From positions 31,976 to 95,975 of the forward strand of contig NZ_QVMI01000006.1 of the NCBI RefSeq assembly GCF_010500965.1: a stretch of 64,000 nucleotides of DNA, in the 5' to 3' direction. Below the pieces are notes generated by a model. It was not told the origin of the DNA and did not search any database. It saw only the letters and a list, made by a program, of their open reading frames with translations. Below, in pieces: positions 1-8,736 of the stretch (positions within the stretch are counted from its first letter, which is position 1; every line of letters starts with the position of its first letter). The stretch is from Bacteroides sp. 51. Lineage in GTDB: Bacteria; Bacteroidota; Bacteroidia; Bacteroidales; Bacteroidaceae. A program made the position numbers and the translations under genes.

Positions 1-1
1 T

Positions 2-1078
2 CTGCTATCGTTAGCGGGTGTTATTCTGATCATCATTTTCTTGTTGAACCTGCGCGAAAAACGTTATCGGAAATCTATCGTAAGTTCGATGGGAAAATAT
101 AAAAAGATTTATGATGAGTATCAGATCGTTTATGAGAATATGCCTATGGGCTTGGTTTTCTTTGATCGGAATGGTGACTTATTGAACCGGAATCAAAGTT
201 CAAATCTCTTTTTTGATAAAGTATCTTCAGATGAACTTGTAGATTTTAATCTTTTCCAGACTACATTGATTGATGACCAATCTAAAAATAGAATAAGAAA
301 GAAATTGCTTGTTAATAAAGTGTTTGAATTTGAAGATCGTAGCTTGCGAATCATTTTCAGGCATATACTGGACGAGGAAAGTGATAGCGAAAATATCCTG
401 ATGATTGTATTGGACTATACCAGCATACAAAAAGAGAAAGTTGCGAAAGAGAGAATATACAGCATCTTTAATTTTGCTATGGATGCTTCTTCTTTGGGAG
501 TTGCGGAATATAATGTAATGGACAATAGCCGGTTTGCTACAGATGCCTGGTATAAGAATCTTTGCATAAATAAAGGAATGGGACATTCGAATGTTTACCG
601 TTCTGTAGTAGAAGAGGATCGTCAGAAGATAGAGTATTTCCTTAAACATATAGGAGAAGACGGTGAAGTTTATTTTGCAGATACAATCCGTGTTAAGGAT
701 GGAAATAAAATACATTGGTTGCAATACGTCATTCAGTTGTTAGAGTACGGTCCTGATGAAGGGCGAATCATTGTGGCTGAACTGGCATTAAATGTTGATA
801 AACAGAAATATAACGAACAAGAGTTGGACAAGGCTTTGCAGGCTGCAAAAGAGTCCGACCGCTTAAAGAATGCATTTATTGCAAATATGAGTAGCGATAT
901 ACGTCCCGCTTTAGATGAGCTTGTTGTTCTCTCAAACCGTTTGATTGAGACGGATAATGAGGAGGAAAAAGAATCATTGATGGTTCGTATAGAACAGAAT
1001 AATGATATGTTGTTGAAGTATGTGGAACGTATCATAGAATTGTCAAGAACAGGTGCAACTAAACAAACAGGGTTATGA
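2..1078 (+). CDS. 5'-truncated sensor-kinase-like protein (TM helix, PAS region, DHp-like helix with Ser in place of the phospho-acceptor His; no ATPase domain)
   Basis: The frame is open from the window edge and reads LLSLAGVILIIIFLL, a TM helix, before the listed Met at 41. The C-terminus NAFIANMSSDIRPALDEL is paralogous to the H-box LANINHEIRTPLNSI of the next gene. The stop overlaps the next start (ATGA). Confidence 0.55.
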   Translation: MLSLAGVILIIIFLLNLREKRYRKSIVSSMGKYKKIYDEYQIVYENMPMGLVFFDRNGDLLNRNQSSNLFFDKVSSDELVDFNLFQTTLIDDQSKNRIRKKLLVNKVFEFEDRSLRIIFRHILDEESDSENILMIVLDYTSIQKEKVAKERIYSIFNFAMDASSLGVAEYNVMDNSRFATDAWYKNLCINKGMGHSNVYRSVVEEDRQKIEYFLKHIGEDGEVYFADTIRVKDGNKIHWLQYVIQLLEYGPDEGRIIVAELALNVDKQKYNEQELDKALQAAKESDRLKNAFIANMSSDIRPALDELVVLSNRLIETDNEEEKESLMVRIEQNNDMLLKYVERIIELSRTGATKQTGL

Positions 1079-3894
1079 AACGACAGATCGTACTCCTATA
1101 TCTTCTATTAATTGCAGTTTTACCTATCTGTGCTCAAACGGTTCAGGTAGATACGACTCATGTTTCTGCACCTAAAGTCTTAATTATCAGTTCTTATCAG
1201 GTAGATACAGATTGGAGCGAGAAGATAATTAATGAGATCGTGGCTAAACTGGAACGCCAGTTTCCGGATATTCATGTTTTTGTTGGACACATGAATTTGA
1301 ACACCTATACATTACCGGCTAATCCGCTATATACTCTGAGAGCGACTTTGTGGTCTTATGCAGACTCTGATCCAACCACTATTACCGCCGAGGATGGACG
1401 TGTCAATTCATTATTTGCTTCAAGTAAACGTCCGGATGTATTGGTCTTTGTGGGTGATGACGGGTTCTTGTTTTACCAGAATTACGGGCCATGGCTGGGA
1501 CCGTGGAAAGATGTTCCTATTGTGCTTTGTAGCGTAACCGATGAAATAATTAATACCGAGTGGTTATCTGGTAATACTTATAATTTTAATTCTTTAATAC
1601 CCATTGAAGAACGCAGAAATGTTGAGACTTTTGTTAGTGATAGGAGTTTTGGGAACATTGATGCTGGACTTGAATCCAAAAGACATGAGGTCCTTCCAGG
1701 ATATTTGGTTAAGACCGACTATAACCTGACCGGTGTTAAGAATTCATTGCCCATTCGTGAAAATCTGGACTTGATCCACCATTTGATGCCAAACCTGGAA
1801 GAGATTGTATGGGTTGACAATGACTTTTATTCAGCAGCCTATGCTCAATGGTTACTGAAGGGAGAACTCTCTACGAAATACCCGAATGTGAAATTTAGTG
1901 AGATCAGGCAGAACCGATTCAACACAGACTCTATATATAACGAGTTGCTAACTCCCAAATCCAATAGAATATACTTGACTTACTCGTGGGATGTGGATGG
2001 GACATTTAGTAGGCAAACTGATGAGCAGATTCATACTTTATTTACGAATTATGCTAGTGTTCCTTTGTTTTCACTAACCCGGCGTGCTTTATCCAACCCT
2101 TATTGGGTAGGTGGTTATTACAGGCCATATGCGGAATTTGCAGATAAGTCTGTGAAGCAAATATCCCGTGTATTGCATGGGGAGAATGCAAATGATATTC
2201 CTTTTGAGATTGTAAATAGCGGACAGACCACGCTCGATCAACCTCTTTTGAAGAAGTATGGATTGTGGAATGAGTTGAAATCATTGCCAGGTGTTGAGTT
2301 GGTAAATATACCTCCAACCTATTACGAGGAAAATGAAGAACTGATATTGGCTTCTGTAATTGTAGGCGCTATTATATTAGGATTGTTGGCCTATTGGATC
2401 AGTAGAAACCGGTATACCCGGAAAGTTCATAAGGAATACATGCGCTATCGGAAGTTATATAACAAACTTCACCTGATTTATGGGCATACTTCCACGGATT
2501 TGGCTTTATATGATAAAGAAGGGAAACTCATCTTTAGTATATCAAAAGGTCGGGAGCAAATCTTTGGTGGAGATAAAGGAGGAGTCTTTTCCGATAATTT
2601 ATTCGAGAATTCGAATCTGAGTCACAAATTGAGAGAGCAATTACGGAATAATCAATCTATCAATAGTGAAGTGACGGTTTATGTAGAAGGAGAACTGTCA
2701 TCTGTAGATTCCGAAAGAAAGGTTTACCAGTTAATGGTTAAACCATTGAGTGACGAGAATACCCAATCTGCCAAATATGTAGCAATTGCTATTAACCTTA
2801 ATCAGATTATTCGTGAACGTGAAGAGCGTGAACGTTTTGAGAACCTGGTACGTTTTGCTTCGGATTCTTCTCAGATGGGGATTGCTTTCTATAGTCTTGA
2901 GACAGGAGAGGGAACGGCTACCAACTCTTGGTATAGCAACTTGAATGAACAAATTGCACCGGGATTATTGCCGACTTATGAACACGTCGTATCCGAAGAT
3001 CGCAATGTACTGATCGGTTACCGGGAAAGAGTCCGGGCGGGTGAGATACTCCCTCCTTTAAATAAAGATATCCGTGTGCTAGATGAAAATGGCGAGGAAC
3101 ACTGGATTACGCAGCATATCTTCACGAATCACAGTGATCGTAAGATGCTGATTGAATTGAATCTGAATATTGATGAGCAAAAGAAAGCCGAAACAGTCTT
3201 GCTATCGGCAAAGGAAAAAGTAGAGCACTCTATTATTGAGACACAGAACTTCCTGGCTAATATCAATCATGAGATTCGTACTCCATTAAATAGTATTGTC
3301 GGTTTCTCGGCAATATTGGCTGCAAGTGAGAGCGAAGAAGAGAGAAAAGAGCATGTTTCTTTGATTCTGAAGAACAATAAACTGCTTACGATGCTTATTG
3401 ACGATGTAATTGAGTTGTCAAGAATAGACTCGGGACAAACGACTTTCGGGTGGGAACCTGTCAAGGTGGATGATTTATTCAGAAAGGTGATGATGACAGG
3501 ATATTCAGACCTGTATGACAAGCAACTGAATGTTGTACTGGATTTGGATAAAACCCACCCGATTGTCTATACGGATTCCGAAGCACTTTTCCGGTTGCTG
3601 AAGAATTTGTTCTCCAATGCGATCAAGTTTACACACGAGGGTAGTGTTACCTTGGGATATCGCATGAAACATGATTGCTATTATTTCTTCGTGAAGGATA
3701 CCGGTTGTGGTATCGATATTAAAGATCAGAAACGTATATTTAAGCGTTTCGATAAACTGGATTCTTATGCTCAGGGAACCGGCCTAGGACTTGCTTTATG
3801 TAAGAGCATAGTAGAGCATCTGGATGGTAAGATTGGTGTGGATTCCGAATTAAGAGAAGGAAGCACATTCTGGTTTGAACTTCCTATTCAATAA
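1075..3894 (+). CDS. Sensor histidine kinase (signal peptide, periplasmic domain, TM, PAS, HisKA, HATPase_c)
   Basis: N-terminal signal peptide, a TM segment LILASVIVGAIILGLLAYWI, H-box HEIRTPLNSIVGFS, and G-boxes DTGCGI and GTGLGLALCKSIVE. Confidence 0.85.
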   Translation: MKRQIVLLYLLLIAVLPICAQTVQVDTTHVSAPKVLIISSYQVDTDWSEKIINEIVAKLERQFPDIHVFVGHMNLNTYTLPANPLYTLRATLWSYADSDPTTITAEDGRVNSLFASSKRPDVLVFVGDDGFLFYQNYGPWLGPWKDVPIVLCSVTDEIINTEWLSGNTYNFNSLIPIEERRNVETFVSDRSFGNIDAGLESKRHEVLPGYLVKTDYNLTGVKNSLPIRENLDLIHHLMPNLEEIVWVDNDFYSAAYAQWLLKGELSTKYPNVKFSEIRQNRFNTDSIYNELLTPKSNRIYLTYSWDVDGTFSRQTDEQIHTLFTNYASVPLFSLTRRALSNPYWVGGYYRPYAEFADKSVKQISRVLHGENANDIPFEIVNSGQTTLDQPLLKKYGLWNELKSLPGVELVNIPPTYYEENEELILASVIVGAIILGLLAYWISRNRYTRKVHKEYMRYRKLYNKLHLIYGHTSTDLALYDKEGKLIFSISKGREQIFGGDKGGVFSDNLFENSNLSHKLREQLRNNQSINSEVTVYVEGELSSVDSERKVYQLMVKPLSDENTQSAKYVAIAINLNQIIREREERERFENLVRFASDSSQMGIAFYSLETGEGTATNSWYSNLNEQIAPGLLPTYEHVVSEDRNVLIGYRERVRAGEILPPLNKDIRVLDENGEEHWITQHIFTNHSDRKMLIELNLNIDEQKKAETVLLSAKEKVEHSIIETQNFLANINHEIRTPLNSIVGFSAILAASESEEERKEHVSLILKNNKLLTMLIDDVIELSRIDSGQTTFGWEPVKVDDLFRKVMMTGYSDLYDKQLNVVLDLDKTHPIVYTDSEALFRLLKNLFSNAIKFTHEGSVTLGYRMKHDCYYFFVKDTGCGIDIKDQKRIFKRFDKLDSYAQGTGLGLALCKSIVEHLDGKIGVDSELREGSTFWFELPIQ

Positions 3895-3908
3895 TCATAT
3901 AGATTTTA

Positions 3909-3989
3909 TTAACCGCATAGTTTCGCAGATTAACGCAGAGAAATACTAATATTAAAACTCTGCGTTAATCTGCGAAACTATGCGGTTAA
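3909..3989. repeat. Perfect 32-bp inverted repeat (17-nt loop) between convergent genes; REP-like palindromic element
   Basis: TTAACCGCATAGTTTCGCAGATTAACGCAGAG ... CTCTGCGTTAATCTGCGAAACTATGCGGTTAA. No U-tract on either side. Confidence 0.8.
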
Positions 3990-4005
3990 AAAGAAGAACC
4001 TTATA

Positions 4006-4779
4006 TTATTTTATATTCTCCCTGATCTTCGTCAGGTACTTCTTCATTCCTTCAGCATCTTTATTGCTGATGATCTCCAGAAGGTTTTTTAATTCCGTCC
4101 GGATATTCTCTACTTGTGAGGGTGTCCGCGGATTGAAGAGGATTTCCTGGAGAAGGTAATCATCCTCGCTTAACAGCCCTTTGGCTATGGCCATATGCTT
4201 TTTGAAGGTTGTTCCCGGTGCCTCCTGATGTTTCATAACAGCAGCGAACACGAATGTAGAGACAAAAGGGATAGATAGCGAATATGCCACAGTTTCGTCA
4301 TGACCTTCAAAGCTGTATTCAAAAATATTTAGCTTTAAACTGTTATACAAATCTTTGAAAAAGACTTTTCCCAGATGGTCGCTTTCGCTGATTATAATGG
4401 CACTTTCCTGGCTAAGGTTGCTGAGGCTGGCAAATGTCGGACCAAACATCGGGTGTGAAGAAACGAACCGGAAACCGGATTCTTCATAGAATTTCTTCAA
4501 TCCGTTCTTTACTGATGCGATATCGCTTAGGATACAATTTTGGGGTAGCGCAGGGAGCACTTGGCGGAAAGCATCAAGCGTATATTTTACAGTAACCGCA
4601 TTGATAACCAGTTCCGGTTCAAATTCTTTGATCTCCTCCAATGTGGTGAAGCGATACGTATTATATACAAAGCGAAGCTGATGAGGGTTTACATCAAATA
4701 CAGCCGTTTCGTGCTGAAAGCTTAGAATGTCGGTAAAGAAGGAGCCCATTTTCCCGGCCCCTAAAATTAATATACGCAT
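4006..4779 (-). CDS. tyrA: Prephenate dehydrogenase
   Basis: N-terminal NAD-binding motif ILGAGKMG. Length and context fit an aromatic amino-acid operon. Confidence 0.75.
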   Translation of the reverse strand: MRILILGAGKMGSFFTDILSFQHETAVFDVNPHQLRFVYNTYRFTTLEEIKEFEPELVINAVTVKYTLDAFRQVLPALPQNCILSDIASVKNGLKKFYEESGFRFVSSHPMFGPTFASLSNLSQESAIIISESDHLGKVFFKDLYNSLKLNIFEYSFEGHDETVAYSLSIPFVSTFVFAAVMKHQEAPGTTFKKHMAIAKGLLSEDDYLLQEILFNPRTPSQVENIRTELKNLLEIISNKDAEGMKKYLTKIRENIK

Positions 4780-4784
4780 CGGTC

Positions 4785-5846
4785 TTATTTATTAATGATT
4801 TCTATTTGCTGACGCACGCTTTCTTCGTGTATCGCTTCGAATACTTTCTTGATGAACTCAGGGTCCATATCACATTGTACGGCCTGTGCTGCATACTTAT
4901 CTAATATTTCGTTGTAGCGTCCGGCCTGGAGTACTGTCATATTGTGCTCCTTTTTGTATGTACCGATTTCACGGGCAACGCGCATACGTTTTGCCAATTC
5001 CTGCATCAGATTATTGTCGCATTCGTCAATCTGTTTACGTAGCTCATTGAGATTCTCCGTGGTTTGTGTTTCCTTGCGGATAACCAATAGACTAAGAATG
5101 TAGTCCAGGACCTCGGGAGTGATTTGTTGCGAAGCATCGCTCCATGCAGCATCCGGATCGCAGTGGCTTTCTATGATGAGTCCGTCGAAGTTCAGGTCCA
5201 TAGCTTGTTGTGATAGTGAGGCTACCAGTTCCCGTTTTCCACCAATGTGACTTGGGTCACAGAATATAGGAAGTTCGGGAATGCGGCGGCGAAGTTCAAT
5301 CGGAATATGCCATTGGGGCAGGTTGCGGTATATCTTTTTATCGTAACTGCTGAACCCGCGGTGAATGGCTGCCAAGCGTTTTAGTCCCGCATTGTTGATA
5401 CGCTCCAATGCTCCGATCCACAAATCAAGATCAGGATTAACGGGATTTTTAATCAGTACAGGTACGTCTACTCCTTTCAGGGCGTCTGCAATTTCCTGTA
5501 CGGCAAATGGATTGGCTGTTGTACGTGCTCCGATCCAGAGTACATCAATTCCGGCTTTGAGTGCTTCGTATACGTGCATGGCAGTGGCAACTTCCGTTCC
5601 AACATACATGCCTGTTTCTTTTTTTACCTCTTTAAGCCATGCCAAACCTTCTACGCCTACTCCTTCGAAGCCTCCTGGTTTGGTACGTGGTTTCCAGATT
5701 CCTGCACGGAATATTTTAGTTCCTTTAGCAGCTAACTCTGTAGCTGTTTTCATTACCTGTTCTTTGGTTTCGGCACTGCATGGGCCTGCTATAACCATAG
5801 GTCTTTGGTCGCTTATGCCTGGTAGTAAGATTGATTCTAGTTCCAT
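4785..5846 (-). CDS. Bifunctional 3-deoxy-7-phosphoheptulonate (DAHP) synthase / chorismate mutase
   Basis: DAHP-synthase-like core (VIAGPCSAE ... KIFRAGIWKPRT) with a C-terminal chorismate-mutase helix bundle (LNELRKQIDECDNNLMQELAKRMRVAREIG). Confidence 0.8.
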   Translation of the reverse strand: MELESILLPGISDQRPMVIAGPCSAETKEQVMKTATELAAKGTKIFRAGIWKPRTKPGGFEGVGVEGLAWLKEVKKETGMYVGTEVATAMHVYEALKAGIDVLWIGARTTANPFAVQEIADALKGVDVPVLIKNPVNPDLDLWIGALERINNAGLKRLAAIHRGFSSYDKKIYRNLPQWHIPIELRRRIPELPIFCDPSHIGGKRELVASLSQQAMDLNFDGLIIESHCDPDAAWSDASQQITPEVLDYILSLLVIRKETQTTENLNELRKQIDECDNNLMQELAKRMRVAREIGTYKKEHNMTVLQAGRYNEILDKYAAQAVQCDMDPEFIKKVFEAIHEESVRQQIEIINK

Positions 5847-5908
5847 AATTGTAAGTTGCCTTGCGGCTTGTTTTATTGTTTTAATATTTAATATCTATAC
5901 TCAATGCA

Positions 5909-7093
5909 TTATTTCAGATTCTCCTGAACTCTTCTGAGCGCTTCTGCCAACTTATCTTCTTTGCAACAAAGGGATATGCGGATATATCGTGCTCCGTTAC
6001 TTCCGAATATAAATCCGGGCGTAAGGAAAACCCGTGCCTGGTGAAGAACCTTCTCGGTTAGTTCTTCTACGTTTGCGCAAGACTCGGGTATTTTTCCCCA
6101 GAGGAACATACCCACTTGTTTTTCATCATATGTGCAATCTAGTGCTTTCATGATCTCTCCGGCTAGCTGGCGGCGTCCGCGATAGTTTTTGTTATTTCCT
6201 TCATACCATTCCGGTCCGGCTTCAAGAGCTTTGGCGGCGGCAAGTTGTGTAGCTTTGAATATTCCGCTTTCGATATTGCTTGCTACTTTCAAAATCCATC
6301 CGATAAACTCTGCATTGGAAGCCAACATCCCGATTCTCCATCCTGGCATATTGTGGCTTTTACTCATCGAGTTCAATTCAATGCAGCACTCTTTGGCACC
6401 GGGTACGGACAGTATACTTAACGGCTTGTTGTTTAGAATGAAACTGTATGGGTTGTCATTAACAACAACGATTCCTTTTTGTTTGGCGAATTCCACCAGT
6501 CGTTCATACAATTCGGGAGTCGCGTTGGCACCTGTGGGCATGTTGGGATAGTTCACCCACATCAGTTTCACCCGGCTCAGGTCCATTTGCTCCAGTTCAT
6601 CGAAATCGGGCATCCATCCGTTTTCTTCTTTTAAGTTGTAGTTCACTACATCTGCTCCAAGAAGTTTGCTGAGCGAAGTATAGGTTGGGTATCCCGGATT
6701 GGGAACCAATACCTGATCGCCCGGATTGACGAATGCCAGCGTAATATGGAGAATTCCTTCTTTTGAACCGATTAACGGTTGTATTTCGTTAGCAGGGTTT
6801 AGGTCTACGTTATACCATGCTTTATACCAATTGGAGAGTCCATTGCGTAGTTCGGGAATACCGATGTGCAGCTGATATCCATGTCCATTAGGGTCCCAGG
6901 CACTGTCGCAAAGCGTTTGGATTACTTCATCGGCTGGTGGCATATCGGGGCTACCGATTCCCAGGCTGATTACATCTTTACCTTCCGCGTTCATCTGCGC
7001 TACTTCTTTTAGTTTCTTCGAGAAGTAGTATTCGCTCACCTCAGTCAACCTGTTGGCCGGGGCTATTTTATATACTTGATTTTCCTTCTGCAT
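5909..7093 (-). CDS. Class I/II PLP-dependent aminotransferase (probable aromatic/prephenate aminotransferase)
   Basis: Aminotran_1_2 signature SMSKSHNMPGWRIGM with the PLP lysine. Sits inside the phe/tyr operon. Confidence 0.8.
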   Translation of the reverse strand: MQKENQVYKIAPANRLTEVSEYYFSKKLKEVAQMNAEGKDVISLGIGSPDMPPADEVIQTLCDSAWDPNGHGYQLHIGIPELRNGLSNWYKAWYNVDLNPANEIQPLIGSKEGILHITLAFVNPGDQVLVPNPGYPTYTSLSKLLGADVVNYNLKEENGWMPDFDELEQMDLSRVKLMWVNYPNMPTGANATPELYERLVEFAKQKGIVVVNDNPYSFILNNKPLSILSVPGAKECCIELNSMSKSHNMPGWRIGMLASNAEFIGWILKVASNIESGIFKATQLAAAKALEAGPEWYEGNNKNYRGRRQLAGEIMKALDCTYDEKQVGMFLWGKIPESCANVEELTEKVLHQARVFLTPGFIFGSNGARYIRISLCCKEDKLAEALRRVQENLK

Positions 7094-7910
7094 ATTCGCC
7101 TAATGTTTTGAGTTCTTTGGTTAATGGGGTGATGGCTGTAATGGCCTGTTTGTATCTCAGGTAATCGTTGAACACCACATCTACGTAAAACAGGTATTCC
7201 CATTCCCGTCCGATGATGGGGAGTGATTGTATTTTGGTTAAATTGATGTTGTAGAATGAAAGAATGGATAATACCTGCGACAGGCTTCCTTCGGTGTGTG
7301 GTAACGAAAATACGATGTTGGCTTTGTCTATACTTTGGTTTTTCCGTACTTCGTTTGCCCGCCAGGAGTCCGATACAACCAGAAAACGGGTGAAGTTGTG
7401 TTTGTTTGTTTCTATGCCTTCCTGTAAGATTTTCATGCCGTAAAGTTCGGCTGCTGCTTTGGAACAGATGGCAGCGTGTCCTTTCAGGTTTTCTTTTTTG
7501 ATGGTTTCTGCGCTGCGTGCCGTATCTTCGCCTTCTACTACTTTTATGTGCGGATGCTGATTCAGGAAGTCGCGGCATTGCATCAGGGCGATGGGGTGGG
7601 AGTTGACTTCTGTAATATCGTCCCAGTCTTCATTGGGCAGACAAACAAAGCAATGTGAGATGCGTAGCTTGTATTCTCCAATGATTTGCGTATTGCTTTG
7701 GCGCAATAGTTCGTTGTTCTGGAGCAGGCTTCCGGCAATTGTATTCTCGATGGCGAGCATACCGATCACATCTGCGTCGTTCTTCATTGTTTTGAAGATG
7801 TCTTCAAAACTCTTGCAGCAGATTAGTTCTATTTTCTCTTCGCCCGCATATCGGTGCGCTGCAATGTCGTGGTACGACCCTAATGTTCCCTGAATAGCGA
7901 TTCTTTTCAT
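7068..7910 (-). CDS. pheA: Prephenate dehydratase with C-terminal ACT domain
   Basis: PDT-domain similarity and a C-terminal ACT-like region. Overlaps the aminotransferase gene by 26 nt, consistent with an operon. Confidence 0.8.
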   Translation of the reverse strand: MKRIAIQGTLGSYHDIAAHRYAGEEKIELICCKSFEDIFKTMKNDADVIGMLAIENTIAGSLLQNNELLRQSNTQIIGEYKLRISHCFVCLPNEDWDDITEVNSHPIALMQCRDFLNQHPHIKVVEGEDTARSAETIKKENLKGHAAICSKAAAELYGMKILQEGIETNKHNFTRFLVVSDSWRANEVRKNQSIDKANIVFSLPHTEGSLSQVLSILSFYNINLTKIQSLPIIGREWEYLFYVDVVFNDYLRYKQAITAITPLTKELKTLGEYAEGKSSI

Positions 7911-7923
7911 CTTACTTGTTTGA

Positions 7924-7958
7924 ATAAAAAAATCCCGCGTCCTTTCGGAGCGGGATTC
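7924..7958 (-). terminator. Intrinsic terminator (attenuator stem-loop) 13 nt upstream of the pheA start
   Basis: Minus strand reads AATCCCGCTCCGAAAGGACGCGGGATTTTTTTATT: a GC stem followed by a T7 run, immediately before the ATG at 7910. Confidence 0.75.
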
Positions 7959-7992
7959 TATGTTTATGATTGATTCTGATTTTAGATCATCT

Positions 7993-8079
7993 TTATTTTA
8001 TACATACGCATTCCCGCTCTACTTTCTGGCTAAAGTAAAAGTAAAAAAAGAAAGAATATGTATAAGCGAATAAGTTCAT
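7993..8079 (-). CDS. Phe/Tyr-rich leader peptide (28 aa) of the phe/tyr operon
   Basis: Hand-translated minus strand gives MNLFAYTYSFFFYFYFSQKVERECVCIK*. Ten of 28 residues are Phe or Tyr. It lies between a TAnnTTTG promoter box and the terminator above. Confidence 0.7.
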   Translation of the reverse strand: MNLFAYTYSFFFYFYFSQKVERECVCIK

Positions 8080-8107
8080 CTGGTGACTTTTTTCTTTAAT
8101 TCTTGGG

Positions 8108-8115
8108 CAAAGGTA
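8108..8115 (-). promoter_or_regulatory. Bacteroides-type -7 promoter box (TACCTTTG) for the leader/phe operon
   Basis: Minus strand TACCTTTG matches the TAnnTTTG consensus, about 30 nt upstream of the leader ATG. Confidence 0.5.
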
Positions 8116-8200
8116 ATACTTTTCTATTAAAAGCAAGAAAAAACTGATATTTTTTTATTCTTTAGTGCATTTAATGGGAAAATTGTTGTTGTTTTAGGCT

Positions 8201-8707
8201 TTACCACATTAATACTATATAGAAGGTTGTCGGATCTTCCGGTTTCAGTTGGGTGTTAAAATCAGAATATGTCAGATAGAAGCCGACCCAACCTTCGGAG
8301 TAATCGAAGTCATATGTTTGAGTCCATATGAATTCTTTTCCATTGTCGCCGGTTCCGCCTTTATGTAAAACGTAGGGCATGCCGTTCTTATAGCCGTCAT
8401 CGGTTTTAATGTAGGCAATGACTGCTCGTTCTTTGAATATGTCTTTGGTGAGTTCGGGCAGTTTCCTGTCTACAAGAAAGAAAGAATTTAGTTCGCCCGG
8501 AGTACCTACCAGTTCCCACTCGTGAGGCTGAATGGTGAATGTTTTTGTAAGCCAGTTTGTGCCAATACCATCCTTGCCGTCTTTTCCATCCATTCCGTCT
8601 CTTCCATTCATTCCATCCATTCCGGAAGGTCCCATAGGACCGACTGGTCCTTCACACGCCATAAATGATATGGCTAACGCTAATAATAAGAATACTCTTT
8701 TCATCAT
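8201..8707 (-). CDS. Lipoprotein with a collagen-like GXY repeat segment
   Basis: Signal peptide plus lipobox (FMAC). GPVGPMGPSGMDGMNGRDGMDGKDGKDG is 9-10 consecutive G-X-Y triplets. Confidence 0.7.
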   Translation of the reverse strand: MMKRVFLLLALAISFMACEGPVGPMGPSGMDGMNGRDGMDGKDGKDGIGTNWLTKTFTIQPHEWELVGTPGELNSFFLVDRKLPELTKDIFKERAVIAYIKTDDGYKNGMPYVLHKGGTGDNGKEFIWTQTYDFDYSEGWVGFYLTYSDFNTQLKPEDPTTFYIVLMW

Positions 8708-8736
8708 TTATAAAGTTTAGTTAATGAATATATGTG

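Noticed and set aside
3909-3989. Calling the 32-bp palindrome a canonical rho-independent terminator
   Set aside because: No U-tract follows the stem on either strand. It may still stall transcription, so it is recorded as a repeat element instead.
5365-5937. 190-aa plus-strand ORF antisense to the DAHP-synthase gene
   Set aside because: It is entirely embedded antisense in a well-supported conserved gene, and its composition is low-complexity (S/A/T-rich).
7063-7578. 171-aa minus-strand ORF overlapping pheA in another frame
   Set aside because: Arg-rich, low-complexity translation. The overlapping frame encodes a clear prephenate dehydratase.
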